Assembly: GCA_036679605.1 (NCBI GenBank)
Contig: JAZDCZ010000419.1
Span: 128,001-192,000 of the forward strand
DNA: 64,000 nucleotides
DNA from: Gemmatimonadota bacterium
GTDB lineage: Bacteria; Gemmatimonadota; Gemmatimonadetes; Gemmatimonadales; GWC2-71-9
Direction of reading: 5' to 3'
In this document: positions 18,042-29,203 of the stretch, piece by piece
Position numbering within the stretch: the first letter of the stretch is position 1
Layout: the number at the start of each line of letters is the position of its first letter
Made by a program: the position numbers and the translations under genes
The notes under the pieces: model-generated
What the model was told of the DNA's origin: nothing
Seen by the model: the letters and a program-made list of their open reading frames with translations, nothing else
Database searches by the model: none

Positions 18042-21000
18042 GTGTTTGAGAACGTCTTCGAAACTGTAAATTCGGGCTTCGTGCAAGCACTGTACGAAGA
18101 CTATCTCCGCGACTCAACGTCAGTGCCTTCGGAGTGGAGGGAGTTGTTCAACGCTGGACTCCACGGAGAAGCTCCTATTGAAACGCCCAACAAGGCGGCT
18201 GTTGCGCCACCGTCAGCGACGCGGTCGCAGAGCCCCATAGTAGGGCCTGCCCTCCGACTGCTAGAAAACATGGAGGCGAGCCTTGCGGTCCCAACAGCCA
18301 CGTCCTTTCGCGACATAGACGCCGCCAAACTTTGGGCCACTCGAAAAGCTCTGAATGAGGCTCTTCAGGCCCAGAGCAAGAAACTCTCGTTTACGCACCT
18401 CATTGGGTGGGCCATCGTCCGTGCCGCACAAGCGTACCCCACTATGACCCACGCAGTAGCGGAAGTAGAGGGTGTGCCACACCGAATCGACTCTGGAGTG
18501 TTGAATCTTGGTCTTGCAGTAGATGTCGAGGGCAAGGACGGCAAACGCAAACTCCTCGTACCCGTAATCAAGAACGCAGCGGCCGGGTCGTTTGGTGATT
18601 TTCACCAGGAGTACGAACGACTGGTCGCCGGTGCCCGTGCTAACAAGCTCCTGCCCGATTCGTTCATGGGCGGCACGATCACGCTCACAAATCCAGGGAC
18701 GATAGGTACCGTGGCTTCGGTGCCCCGGCTGATGAAGGGGCAGGGCTCCATAGTCGCAACGGGCGCCATCCAAACGAACTCCGGTATCAAGGTCATGACG
18801 CTCACGAGCACATACGACCACCGGATCATCCAAGGCGCCGAGTCGGGCTTGTTCTTGCAACTCATCGATAGACTGCTGCAAGGCGAGGAGGGGTTCTACG
18901 ACGAAGTCGCTGACTCAATGAATGTCGCGCTGGCCGACGCCCCAGCGATTCCTACGATTGCCCCTGAATCTCCCACGGCTGCGCTTATCCCAAGTGCGGA
19001 GTCCAAGAGTGCCTACTGGCTGTTGCCCCACGTCGCGGCAGCGATGTCCATAGTGAAGGCGCACCGTACACACGGCTACTTGGCCGCAAGTCTCGATCCT
19101 TTGGGCCGTCCAGCAGTGGGCGATCCGGCACTGCGTCCAGAGGAACTAGGTCTAACACCCGAAATAATGCACCGGATCCCTGCCGACGTGCTGCGCGTCT
19201 ACGTCGAGGGTAACACGATGGCTGAGGTCCTGCCTCGGCTACAGGAAGTCTACAGCGGCAGCATCGCCTATGAGATAGAGCACATAGGAAGCCACCAGCA
19301 ACGTTTGTGGCTCCGCGAAGTAATAGAATCGGGAAGACATCGCACCGATCTTACCGACGATGAGCGGCGGGAGTTACTCACCAGCCTAATTCGGACTTCC
19401 ACTTTCGAGCGCTTCCTGCAACGAACTTATCTGGGGCAGAAGCGTTTTGGGATCGAGGGACTGGACATGCTCGTTCCGATCCTCGAGTTGGCGCTGCGGA
19501 TGGCAGGGCGGCAGGGAGCACGCGACGTGGTCATGGGGATGGCGCATCGAGGGCGACTCAACGTTCTGACCCAGATAGTAGGTGTGCCGTACCAATCGGT
19601 ATTGGCCGAGTTCGAAGGCGGATGCGACATTCAGGATACTCTGGCCACGGGACGCGGTACCGGCGATGTGAAGTATCACTACGGTGCAAGCGGCGCGTAC
19701 AAGGTAGTGAAGGGTGACGAGGTCTATGTCGTGCTCATGCCGAATCCGAGCCACCTAGAGGCGGTCAATCCTGTGGTTGAAGGGCACGTCCGCGCAAATC
19801 AGACCGATCGGTCGGGCAAGGAGATCACTCACGACCCGAACTGTGTGGTGCCGATCCTCATGCACGGCGACGCGGCCTTCGCTGCCCAGGGAGTGGTGGC
19901 CGAGACGTTGAACCTTGCATGTCTCGAGGGTTATGACACCGGAGGTACGCTGCATATCATCTGCAACAATCAGATTGGGTTCACGACCGACCCGACACAA
20001 GCGCGTTCCACCGAATTTTCGAGTGACTTGGCCAAGGGTTTCGACATCCCGATCGTCCACATCAACGCCGATGACCCGGAAGCATGTCTGGCGGCTGTGC
20101 GGCTGGCCATGATGTACCGTGCGAAGTGGCACGACGATTGTGTGATCGATCTAATCGGATATCGGCGACTGGGCCACAATGAAGGCGACGAGCCGCGATA
20201 TACCCAGCCGCTAACCTACGCCCGCATCGACTCGCATCCAGAAGTCACCGATATATACGCCAAGCAACTCATTGCGGCCAACATCGTGACTGAGGACGAC
20301 GTCGAGCGACAGAAGCAGGATCGATATCAGGAGTTGGCCCGCGCACACGAAGCGCTCAAGAGCGAAAAGAGCCTAGATCACAGCGAAGATTTGGTTCGAC
20401 CGAGCGGAGAGTGGCGGATGGTATCTGAGCCTGTCACTGCCGTCAGCGCAGATACACTACGCCAGCTCAGCGAGGAACTCTTGCGAGTCCCAGATGGATT
20501 CACGATCAACTCCAAGCTAAAGAGAGTACTCGAACGGCGCCCCAGGGCGTTCGAAGAGGGTGGAGGATTCGATTGGGCACACGCCGAGGCTCTTGCCCTG
20601 AGTTCGATGTTGGTCGAGGGTGATTCCGTTAGAATGGTAGGCCAGGATGTCGAGCGGGGAACTTTCAGCCAGCGTCACTTGCGCTTCCACGACTCCAAGA
20701 CAGGCGAGACCTATGCTCCGATCCAGCACCTTACCGGGTCACAAGCGCCGTTCGAACTCCATAATAGCCCGCTTTCCGAATATGCTGCGCTCGGCTTTGA
20801 GTACGGATACAGCGTAGCTGCTACAGAGACCATCGTGATGTGGGAAGCACAATTCGGCGACTTTGTGAACGGCGCAGAGATAATAATCGATCAGTTCATC
20901 ATTGCTGGGCTCGCAAAATGGGGGGAGACGTCCAGGCTGGTCCTCCTTCTACCACACGGCTACGAGGGACAGGGACCGGAACATTCGAGTGCCCGGCTCG

Positions 21001-21596
21001 AAAGGTTTCTCGCTCTCGGAGTAGAGGGCAACATTCGGGTAGCTAATTGCTCGACGCCAGCCCAGTACTTTCACCTGTTGCGCAGACAGGCCAAGCATCT
21101 GCAACTCAGGCCTCTCATCCTCATGACACCCAAGAGTCTTCTGCGACATCCGAGGGCCGTTTCACCGCTATCTGATCTCACAGCAGGGGTGTTCCAATTT
21201 GTGCTCGATGATCCAACCATTCCCGGTTCGCGCGACGAGGTGACGCGCATAGTTTTCTGCACTGGAAAAATCTACTATGATACCGTCACAGCCCAGGAGC
21301 GTAGTAGAGCAAAGCATGTGGCCGTAGCCCGGATAGAACTGCTTTACCCGTTTCCGACGCAGGAAGTGGACACTCTGATCGCCAACTACCCCAACGTTCG
21401 CGAGTTCGTATGGCTGCAGGAGGAACCCACCAACATGGGTGCTCGTAAGTGGATAGTCCCTAAGCTGGAGCGGCTCGCCGCTAACGATGTTGCTGTCAGG
21501 TACGTCGCGCGCCCAGAACGATCGAGCCCGGCCGAGGGGTACCTGAAGCGACACCAGAGCGAGCAGGCGCGGCTCGTAGGCGATGCCCTGTCGTGA
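18042..21596 (+). CDS. kgd: Multifunctional 2-oxoglutarate dehydrogenase (E2-like domain fused to E1; Kgd/OdhA type)
   Basis: TYDHRIIQG acyltransferase motif followed by GMAHRGRLN, HGDAAF and PHGYEGQGPEHSS. Confidence 0.95.
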   Translation: MFENVFETVNSGFVQALYEDYLRDSTSVPSEWRELFNAGLHGEAPIETPNKAAVAPPSATRSQSPIVGPALRLLENMEASLAVPTATSFRDIDAAKLWATRKALNEALQAQSKKLSFTHLIGWAIVRAAQAYPTMTHAVAEVEGVPHRIDSGVLNLGLAVDVEGKDGKRKLLVPVIKNAAAGSFGDFHQEYERLVAGARANKLLPDSFMGGTITLTNPGTIGTVASVPRLMKGQGSIVATGAIQTNSGIKVMTLTSTYDHRIIQGAESGLFLQLIDRLLQGEEGFYDEVADSMNVALADAPAIPTIAPESPTAALIPSAESKSAYWLLPHVAAAMSIVKAHRTHGYLAASLDPLGRPAVGDPALRPEELGLTPEIMHRIPADVLRVYVEGNTMAEVLPRLQEVYSGSIAYEIEHIGSHQQRLWLREVIESGRHRTDLTDDERRELLTSLIRTSTFERFLQRTYLGQKRFGIEGLDMLVPILELALRMAGRQGARDVVMGMAHRGRLNVLTQIVGVPYQSVLAEFEGGCDIQDTLATGRGTGDVKYHYGASGAYKVVKGDEVYVVLMPNPSHLEAVNPVVEGHVRANQTDRSGKEITHDPNCVVPILMHGDAAFAAQGVVAETLNLACLEGYDTGGTLHIICNNQIGFTTDPTQARSTEFSSDLAKGFDIPIVHINADDPEACLAAVRLAMMYRAKWHDDCVIDLIGYRRLGHNEGDEPRYTQPLTYARIDSHPEVTDIYAKQLIAANIVTEDDVERQKQDRYQELARAHEALKSEKSLDHSEDLVRPSGEWRMVSEPVTAVSADTLRQLSEELLRVPDGFTINSKLKRVLERRPRAFEEGGGFDWAHAEALALSSMLVEGDSVRMVGQDVERGTFSQRHLRFHDSKTGETYAPIQHLTGSQAPFELHNSPLSEYAALGFEYGYSVAATETIVMWEAQFGDFVNGAEIIIDQFIIAGLAKWGETSRLVLLLPHGYEGQGPEHSSARLERFLALGVEGNIRVANCSTPAQYFHLLRRQAKHLQLRPLILMTPKSLLRHPRAVSPLSDLTAGVFQFVLDDPTIPGSRDEVTRIVFCTGKIYYDTVTAQERSRAKHVAVARIELLYPFPTQEVDTLIANYPNVREFVWLQEEPTNMGARKWIVPKLERLAANDVAVRYVARPERSSPAEGYLKRHQSEQARLVGDALS

Positions 21597-22165
21597 TTCT
21601 CTTGACGATCGTCAGGATGGTGGTCTTTGTGATCTTCGCATTGAGTGCCGTCGTCGCAGTCGGGTCATGGGCAGTGCGATCTCGCCGGATAGATCCTTTC
21701 AGTTCCGTCGGACAGTTGACGCGCAGGTTCACCGATCCTGTGATACAGCCATTCGAACGCTGGATACTGCAACGAGGCGGAAATCCGCAGAGCGCACCCT
21801 GGTGGGTGTTGGGAACGAGCGTCGTCGGTGGAATCGTCGCGGTCACATTCAGTCAGTGGCTTGTCGTCCAAGTGCTCCGGGCCGCCGCCGCAGGAGCAGC
21901 CGGACCGAAGGGCATATTGTGGCTCATAGTCCTTTATTCCGGCCAATTCATATCGTTCGCACTGTTCGCCCGCGTGATCGGCTCCTGGTTCGGCGTCGGC
22001 CGCTACAATCGGTGGATGAGACCCGCCTACGCTCTAACCGACTGGCTGGTCGAACCGTTGCGCAGAATCATCCCACCCTTCGGCATGATCGACGCGACTC
22101 CCCTCGTTGCATGGTTCCTTTTGCAGTTTCTCATCATGCCGTTGTTGCTCAACATCCTGCGATGA
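21593..22165 (+). CDS. yggT: YggT family membrane protein
   Basis: Two TDP/TDW..P.RR repeats and GMIDATP. Confidence 0.85.
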   Translation: MILLTIVRMVVFVIFALSAVVAVGSWAVRSRRIDPFSSVGQLTRRFTDPVIQPFERWILQRGGNPQSAPWWVLGTSVVGGIVAVTFSQWLVVQVLRAAAAGAAGPKGILWLIVLYSGQFISFALFARVIGSWFGVGRYNRWMRPAYALTDWLVEPLRRIIPPFGMIDATPLVAWFLLQFLIMPLLLNILR

Positions 22166-22443
22166 GCCCCGCGACGCCGACGGCGCTGTGGGTACACGTG
22201 CAGCCGCGAGCCAAAAAGACGGAAGTCACTGGATGGTACGGAGACGCCGTCAAGATCAGAGTTCACGCACCGCCGGTAGATGGGGCAGCAAACGACGAAC
22301 TTGTTAGGTTCATCGCGAAACGAACTGGCTTACCACGCAGCTCAGTCTCAATCGTCAGCGGTGCTGCGGGCAGGAGGAAGCTCGTCACCGTGGCAGGCCT
22401 GAAGACCAACGACGTTCTGGACGCCCTGGGACTGGGACATTGA
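22162..22443 (+). CDS. yggU: DUF167/YggU family protein
   Basis: VHVQPRA, APPVDGAAN and G..GRRK motifs. Confidence 0.9.
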   Translation: MSPATPTALWVHVQPRAKKTEVTGWYGDAVKIRVHAPPVDGAANDELVRFIAKRTGLPRSSVSIVSGAAGRRKLVTVAGLKTNDVLDALGLGH

Positions 22444-22501
22444 ACCCAAACCTCTTCCGCTTTGCCGGCCGAGCCCATATATTTGTCTGCAACAACTGAG
22501 T

Positions 22502-22553
22502 AACGTGGTGATTTGCAGCGTATTGCGGCCACGCTAAACAAGTCGCTAAAAAG
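22502..22553 (+). ncRNA. SAM-II riboswitch aptamer
   Basis: CGTGG-TGATTT-...-TTGC-GG-CCACG-CTAAACAAGTC-GCTAAAAA matches the SAM-II pseudoknot consensus; directly upstream of metH. Confidence 0.88.
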
Positions 22554-22556
22554 CTC

Positions 22557-22590
22557 GCCCCGATGCCCACAAGCGACGGGGCTTTTTTTA
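22557..22590 (+). terminator. Intrinsic terminator (riboswitch expression platform)
   Basis: GCCCCG...CGGGGC followed by T7, about 20 nt before the metH start. Confidence 0.8.
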
Positions 22591-22609
22591 TCTACCAGAC
22601 GGAATTGCC

Positions 22610-25600
22610 GTGGAAACAATTACAGATCGCATAGAGATGCTGCGCAGTTGTGTCGAAGATCGCATTCTGGTACTCGATGGTGCGATGGGTACGATGATCC
22701 AACGCTACGAATTGGATGAATCAGACTTCAGAGGCGAGCGATTCAGTGATCATGCCACTTCCCTCAAGGGTAACAACGATCTGCTCTCACTGACCCGCCC
22801 GGATGTGATTGAAGCAATTCATCGCGCATATCTCACAGCCGGCGCCGACATTCTAGAAACCAACACTTTCAACGGTACGGCTATATCGCAATCCGACTAC
22901 AACGTCCAATCCGCGGTACGGGACATCAATGTTGCCGCCGCAAGCATCGCACGTAGAGTGGCGGACGAGTTCACGGATATGCAGCCAGACAAGCCTCGCT
23001 TCGTGGCGGGTAGTATCGGACCGACGAACCGCACAGCATCCATGTCGCCTGACGTCAACAACCCAGCGTTTAGGAACACGACGTTCGACGACCTCGTGGT
23101 TGCATACACTGAGCAGGCAAGGGCGTTGATCGACGGTGGCGTCGACCTGCTACTGATTGAGACAGTGTTCGATACACTGAATTGCAAGGCGGCCATATTT
23201 GCCGTCCGGCAGTTACTGGACAACGGCGGTGGCGACGGTCCACTAGTTTGGATTTCCGGAACTATCACCGACGCCAGTGGTCGCACATTGTCCGGTCAAA
23301 CAACAGAGGCATTCTGGTATTCCATAAGCCACGCCAATCTGTTCAGTGTAGGACTCAATTGCGCACTCGGTGCCAAGGATCTACGACCGTACGTGGAGGA
23401 ACTCTCGTCTATCAGCGATACATACGTGAGTTGTCATCCGAACGCCGGACTGCCCAACGAGTTCGGCCAATACGAACAGGAGCCTGACGAAATTGCCGAG
23501 ACGTTGCGGGAATTTGCGCGTAGCGGATTTCTGAATATTGTGGGCGGATGCTGTGGTACCACCCCGGATCACATAGAGGCAATAGCGCAGGCAGTAGCTG
23601 ACGTAACTCCTAGACCGATACCCACCATTGAACCTCTCACGCGTCTCAGCGGCCTCGAGCCACTCGTGATCGGTCCCGACAGTCTCTTTGTCAACATAGG
23701 GGAGCGCACCAACGTCACCGGCTCGTCTCGATTCGAGTCATTGATCAAGGATGGAGACTATGAGACTGCGCTCGAGGTAGCCCGCCAGCAGGTCAGCAAC
23801 GGTGCCCAGATGATTGACATCAACATGGACGAAGGTCTGCTGGATTCCGAGAAAGTCATGGTGGACTTCCTGAACTTGATAGCCGCAGAACCTGATATCT
23901 GCAGGGTGCCTATTGTCCTAGACTCGTCGAAGTGGAGTGTGATCGAGGCTGGCCTCAAATGCGTGCAGGGCAAATGCGTCGTCAACTCGATCAGCCTCAA
24001 AGAGGGAGAGGATTCCTTCATCGAACACGCCCGACAAGTCCGGCAGTATGGTGCAGCAGTGATCGTGATGGCCTTTGATGAACAAGGCCAGGCTGACACA
24101 GCCGATCGCAAAGTCGCAATCTGTGAGCGCGCACATCGTATCCTAGTCGAACGCGTAGGCTTCAAACCGCAAGACATAGTCTTCGATCCCAACATTTTTG
24201 CAGTAGCCACCGGAATCGAGGAGCACAACGATTATGCGATGGCCTACATCGAGGCCTGTAGACAAATAAAGCAGAAACTGCCCAACAGCCTGGTGAGCGG
24301 CGGTGTCAGCAACCTTTCTTTTTCATTTCGCGGCAACAATGCGGTTCGCGAGGCGATGCACGCGTCGTTTCTCTATCATGCAATCGGCGCCGGCATGGAT
24401 ATGGGAATAGTCAATGCAGGACAACTAACCATCTATGACGACGTTCCCAAGGAACTATTGACGGCGGTCGAGGACGTTCTCTTCAACCGCAGTCCGGATG
24501 CAACAGACCGGCTCACCGATATTGCCACCCGTGTGCAGGGAACTACCAAGACCAAGGAAGCAGATCTAGAATGGCGGCAAAAAGGTGTCGAGCAAAGACT
24601 CTCGCACGCACTGGTCGAAGGAATCCTCGATTTCATAGTGGAGGACACCGAGGAGGCCCGTCAGGCATGCGAACACGCAGTCCAAGTAATCGAAGGTCCA
24701 CTCATGGATGGCATGAGCATCGTCGGCGACCTGTTCGGGAGCGGTAAGATGTTCCTGCCTCAGGTAGTCAAGAGCGCTAGGGTGATGAAGAAGGCCGTAG
24801 CACATCTAGTCCCCTATATTGAGAGCGAAAAGGCGGGAACGGGCGCAGGGATTTCTAGGGGCAAACTAGTACTAGCTACGGTCAAGGGAGATGTCCACGA
24901 CATCGGCAAGAACATCGTGGCTGTCGTGTTGGGTTGTAACAACTACGATGTAGTAGACCTGGGTGTCATGGTACCCGCAACCAAGATCCTGGCGACTGCG
25001 CGGGAGGTCGGCGCGGATATCATTGGGCTCAGCGGGCTCATAACACCATCCCTAGACGAGATGGTACACGTAGCAAAGGAAATGCAACGTGAAGGCTTCG
25101 ACATCCCGCTCTTGATCGGCGGTGCAACTACTTCCAAGGTTCATACCGCGGTCAAGATCGAACAAGGGTATAACGGGCCTACCGTGTATGTCGAGGATGC
25201 GTCACGCAGCGTGGGAGTGGTGGGAAGTCTACTCAGCAAAGACAAGCGTGATGAATTCGTCCAGAAGACCGCGACTCGCTACGCGGGAATTCGGGATTCA
25301 TATGGCGATCGAGTGAGCCGTACCAGGCTCATTCCCATAGGCACAGCGCGCCAACGAAAAATGCAAATTGACTGGAGCAACTACGAACCGGTAACTCCCA
25401 ACCTCGTGGGCACCCAACCGATAGATGACTGCAGGCTTGCAGATCTGGTCAACTACATCGACTGGTCACCATTTTTCAAGGTCTGGGAACTGCGTGGTAA
25501 CTACCCGGATATCTTGGATGATCCGAAGACCGGGACCGAAGCCAAAAAACTGCTTGATGACGCTAGGGAACTCCTGCAACAAATCGTTGAGCAGGAGATG

Positions 25601-26320
25601 CTCCTTCCTCGTGGCGTCGTGGGCATTTTCCCGGCCAACGCAAGGACAGATGATATCGAAATCTATGCCGACGACTCCCGATCCCAGGTCCGCGGCGTAA
25701 TTCACAACCTTCGGCAGCAGATAGACAAACCGCCCGGACGAGCCAATTATTGCCTCACCGATTTCATTGCGCCACGAGAGAGCAACGTCCAAGATTTCAT
25801 CGGCGCCTTTGCTGTGACCGCGGGTAACGGCATCGACGAGCTGTGTGCCAGATTCGAACGCGAATACGACGATTATAACAGTATCATGGCCAAGGCCCTC
25901 GCAGATCGGTTGGCTGAGGCCTTTGCTGAGCGGTTACACGAGCGTGTCCGTTGCGAACTGTGGGGCTATGCCTCTGCCGAATCGCTTTCCAACGAACAGC
26001 TCATCGGGGCGAAGTACCTCGGCATCCGCCCCGCCCCCGGTTATCCTGCGTGCCCCGACCACCGAGAGAAACGAATCTTGTTCGAACTACTCGATGTGAC
26101 GACACACAGCGGTATTACGCTCACAGAGAGTTGCGCGATGCTGCCGGCCGCATCAGTAAGCGGGTGGTATTACGCCAATCCAGAGTCGCTCTATTTCGGA
26201 CTTGGGAAGATCAATCGCGATCAAGTGGTTGAGTATGCCGGACGCACCGGAACGGGAGTACTCGAAGTAGAGCAATGGCTCGCACCCAATCTCGGTTACG
26301 ACGAGACTGAGGAGCGATGA
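22610..26320 (+). CDS. metH: Cobalamin-dependent methionine synthase
   Basis: [26 protein letters not shown] and RPAPGYP motifs; 1236 aa. Confidence 0.98.
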   Translation: METITDRIEMLRSCVEDRILVLDGAMGTMIQRYELDESDFRGERFSDHATSLKGNNDLLSLTRPDVIEAIHRAYLTAGADILETNTFNGTAISQSDYNVQSAVRDINVAAASIARRVADEFTDMQPDKPRFVAGSIGPTNRTASMSPDVNNPAFRNTTFDDLVVAYTEQARALIDGGVDLLLIETVFDTLNCKAAIFAVRQLLDNGGGDGPLVWISGTITDASGRTLSGQTTEAFWYSISHANLFSVGLNCALGAKDLRPYVEELSSISDTYVSCHPNAGLPNEFGQYEQEPDEIAETLREFARSGFLNIVGGCCGTTPDHIEAIAQAVADVTPRPIPTIEPLTRLSGLEPLVIGPDSLFVNIGERTNVTGSSRFESLIKDGDYETALEVARQQVSNGAQMIDINMDEGLLDSEKVMVDFLNLIAAEPDICRVPIVLDSSKWSVIEAGLKCVQGKCVVNSISLKEGEDSFIEHARQVRQYGAAVIVMAFDEQGQADTADRKVAICERAHRILVERVGFKPQDIVFDPNIFAVATGIEEHNDYAMAYIEACRQIKQKLPNSLVSGGVSNLSFSFRGNNAVREAMHASFLYHAIGAGMDMGIVNAGQLTIYDDVPKELLTAVEDVLFNRSPDATDRLTDIATRVQGTTKTKEADLEWRQKGVEQRLSHALVEGILDFIVEDTEEARQACEHAVQVIEGPLMDGMSIVGDLFGSGKMFLPQVVKSARVMKKAVAHLVPYIESEKAGTGAGISRGKLVLATVKGDVHDIGKNIVAVVLGCNNYDVVDLGVMVPATKILATAREVGADIIGLSGLITPSLDEMVHVAKEMQREGFDIPLLIGGATTSKVHTAVKIEQGYNGPTVYVEDASRSVGVVGSLLSKDKRDEFVQKTATRYAGIRDSYGDRVSRTRLIPIGTARQRKMQIDWSNYEPVTPNLVGTQPIDDCRLADLVNYIDWSPFFKVWELRGNYPDILDDPKTGTEAKKLLDDARELLQQIVEQEMLLPRGVVGIFPANARTDDIEIYADDSRSQVRGVIHNLRQQIDKPPGRANYCLTDFIAPRESNVQDFIGAFAVTAGNGIDELCARFEREYDDYNSIMAKALADRLAEAFAERLHERVRCELWGYASAESLSNEQLIGAKYLGIRPAPGYPACPDHREKRILFELLDVTTHSGITLTESCAMLPAASVSGWYYANPESLYFGLGKINRDQVVEYAGRTGTGVLEVEQWLAPNLGYDETEER

Positions 26321-26324
26321 AACA

Positions 26325-28163
26325 GTGAGCAACATACTGTCAGACCTGCTATCGGATGGCCGCGTCCATGTGATGGACGGCGCTATGGGGACAGAACTCT
26401 ACAACAGGGGCGTATTCGTCAACATCTGCTATGACGAATTGAACCTAACCAATCCGGATCTCGTCCGGGCGGTTCACGAAGAGTATGTCGCTGCCGGCGC
26501 GGAGATAATCGAAACCAACACCTTCGGCGCCAACCCGGTAAAGCTTTCAGGATTCAACCTGGATGATCGCACCGAAGAGATAAACCGCGCAGCCGCCAAG
26601 CTCGCCATCGGCGCTGCCACTAGGAACGTGGCGGTACTAGGAGCGGTTGGACCACTCGGAATCCGGATAGAACCGTACGGACCGACATCTCGAGACGAGG
26701 CAGTTGAACTTTTCAATCGGCAAGTTCAAGGTCTAATTGAAGGTGGAGTTCACGGGTTCGTTCTGGAGACATTCTCGGATCTTGACGAGATCCATGCTGC
26801 TTACAGAGCTGTCCGAGAGCTATCCGACCTCCCAATTATCTCCCAAATGTCATTCGGCGACGACGGCAACACTTCCTACGGTACGAGCGTCGAGACTGCA
26901 GCCCGCAAGCTAGCAGATTGGGGCGCCGATGTCGTTGGACTCAATTGCTCGGTGGGCCCTGCCGCAATGCTTGACGGTGTTGTGAGGATGGCACAGGTGA
27001 CAGATCTTCCGATTTCGGTTCAGCCCAACGCGGGACTGCCGCGAAACGTAGGTGATCGCAAGATCTATCTGGCAGCTCCGGAGTATATGGCTCGGTACGC
27101 CGCGCGGATGATCGAAGCAGGGGCCCGCTACGTTGGTGGATGCTGCGGAACTACCCCTGACCATGTTAAGACGATCGCAAACTTCGTGGCCAGCGTTCAA
27201 CCTCGCCAGACATCGGCCTACGTCTCGCGTGAGGACACAGAGACACCAGTCGGCGTAACATCAATCCCACTCGAGCAACGCTCCAAGTGGGGAGAGAAGA
27301 TTGCCACTGGCAAATTCGTTACAAGCGTCGAGGTAATTCCGCCTCGCGGCTGGGCGGCAGAGACAATGTTGGAGCAATGTCGACTGCTCAAGGGCGCAGG
27401 CGTAGACGCGGTGACTGTGCTGGACGGCCCCAGGGCACAAAGCCGAATGGGCGTTCTTCCGTCTGCCATCATCATCGAGCGCGAAGTCGGTATAGAAGTC
27501 GTCATGTCGTACACGTGCAGAGACCGCAATATGCTTGGAATGATAAGCGACTTATTGGGTGCCGCAGCGGCAGGACTGCACAACATCGTCATCGTGACCG
27601 GCGATCCTCCTTTGATTGGACCGTACGGTTCCACGGGAGTGTTCGACATCGACAGCATCGGCCTCACAAATGTCGTCTACCAACTGAATCACGGTCTAGA
27701 CCCCGGTGGTAACGCGATAGGGGAGGCCACCGAGTACGCGATTGGCGTCGGGGTTAATCCGTGTGCAGTGGATATGGAACGCGAGTTGAATCGGCTCGCT
27801 TGGAAGGTAGATGCCGGTGCCGAATTCGCCATTACTCAGCCAATCTTCGATGTTCCCGGTTTCGAGGTTTTTCTGCAAAGCGTCGAGGGTCATGGAATCC
27901 CCATCATCGCCGGCATCTGGCCACTGCGTTCACTGCGAGGTGCAGAGTTTCTCGCCAACGAGGTGCCAGGAGTCGTCGTACCGGAGTTCGTCCTCAATAG
28001 AATGCATTCGGCGCAGGAAGCGGGTCCGGAATCCGCAGCTGCCGAAGGCTTGGCTATTGCGATGGAGGTCCTTGCGCAGGTAAGAAAATCAGCACAAGGA
28101 GTGCAAGTGAGCGCGCCGGCGGGGAACACCGAATTCGCGCTTCGGGTGCTAGACGGAGAGTGA
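26325..28163 (+). CDS. Bifunctional homocysteine S-methyltransferase / methylenetetrahydrofolate reductase (YitJ-like)
   Basis: DGAMGT, GLNC and GGCCG followed by SVEVIPP, TCRDRN, TGDP and ITQP. Confidence 0.93.
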   Translation: MSNILSDLLSDGRVHVMDGAMGTELYNRGVFVNICYDELNLTNPDLVRAVHEEYVAAGAEIIETNTFGANPVKLSGFNLDDRTEEINRAAAKLAIGAATRNVAVLGAVGPLGIRIEPYGPTSRDEAVELFNRQVQGLIEGGVHGFVLETFSDLDEIHAAYRAVRELSDLPIISQMSFGDDGNTSYGTSVETAARKLADWGADVVGLNCSVGPAAMLDGVVRMAQVTDLPISVQPNAGLPRNVGDRKIYLAAPEYMARYAARMIEAGARYVGGCCGTTPDHVKTIANFVASVQPRQTSAYVSREDTETPVGVTSIPLEQRSKWGEKIATGKFVTSVEVIPPRGWAAETMLEQCRLLKGAGVDAVTVLDGPRAQSRMGVLPSAIIIEREVGIEVVMSYTCRDRNMLGMISDLLGAAAAGLHNIVIVTGDPPLIGPYGSTGVFDIDSIGLTNVVYQLNHGLDPGGNAIGEATEYAIGVGVNPCAVDMERELNRLAWKVDAGAEFAITQPIFDVPGFEVFLQSVEGHGIPIIAGIWPLRSLRGAEFLANEVPGVVVPEFVLNRMHSAQEAGPESAAAEGLAIAMEVLAQVRKSAQGVQVSAPAGNTEFALRVLDGE

Positions 28164-29033
28164 GTCGTTCGTCAGCGCCGACAGAATGCTCTCGTAGCGG
28201 CGATATACGTGACGAAATCCTAGGTTGCTAAGGTAGATCTTCTGGGCTCCTACATCGCGCAGGGAGCGTATTGTAAGAGCGCAAATTTCTTCGGCAGTAA
28301 AACCAGATTCGAAATCGCGCGCGATGCCGCGAGCCGGCACGGGGAAATAGTTGCTCAACCGCTCGAGCGTCTTCGGGTTGGCACTCCGATAATAGAACAC
28401 ACCGAAAACACCTGGGTACGGTACTTCACGTCGTGCGGCCTCGGCCAGAAATTGCTCTACTTGGCTGATAGTGTGGTGTGAAACAATCTGGGTCAGGTAA
28501 AATTCTGCCGTGTAATCGTCGCGGAGCACAAAATCGACCTGCTCTGAAGGATCCCGATGAGTATTCACCCACCCCCCCAACCTGAGAGACGGAACTTGCT
28601 CTCTTATGGCTCGCCGAAGCTCAAACGCATGCGGCACACAACGTGGTGCTCCTAGCGATTTGTCCCCTCCCAAAACTGCCAGGGCACGTATGCCCCGCGA
28701 CGCAGCCCTCTTGGCATACATCAAACAGTAGTCCAGCGAGTGCTTACAGGTCAAAAACGGCACTACCTTCGCCGGATCGAGTTCGCCGGCAAGGTTCGTG
28801 GTCAGGTGTTGAAGATTCTCCTCTTCGGACTGCCCGACCGCATTGTCCGTGATGAGGACAAGGGTATCGTCAGCGGCGAGCCGGCGAAGGGAGTGATGCA
28901 TGTCGATCCACGTATCCATACTATCGGCAGTCGACAGGTCCGCACGCGGTGGACGCAGCTCGACCGAGATCAGGGGATCCTGGCCTGCAAGCCCGTCCAA
29001 CGGTTCTGCCCGAGCCGAGTTAGGGATCGTCAT
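28149..29033 (-). CDS. Methylenetetrahydrofolate reductase-like protein
   Basis: SVELRPP, ITD, LTCK, LGGD and LTQ motifs typical of the MTHFR barrel. Confidence 0.7.
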   Translation of the reverse strand: MTIPNSARAEPLDGLAGQDPLISVELRPPRADLSTADSMDTWIDMHHSLRRLAADDTLVLITDNAVGQSEEENLQHLTTNLAGELDPAKVVPFLTCKHSLDYCLMYAKRAASRGIRALAVLGGDKSLGAPRCVPHAFELRRAIREQVPSLRLGGWVNTHRDPSEQVDFVLRDDYTAEFYLTQIVSHHTISQVEQFLAEAARREVPYPGVFGVFYYRSANPKTLERLSNYFPVPARGIARDFESGFTAEEICALTIRSLRDVGAQKIYLSNLGFRHVYRRYESILSALTNDSLSV

Positions 29034-29203
29034 GGGCAGAAGAAGGTACACCTTGTAGGGCTACCGCGCCACGAGATCTACAGCAATACGCGCTGCGGTT
29101 GCCAGCACCCGCCCAAGGCACCATTTTTGCTTCCCGTTGGAACCGATTACCCTTAACAGGGGTTCAAGGCTTGAAGCCCACAGACGATAGGCGGAGGGTA
29201 GAT

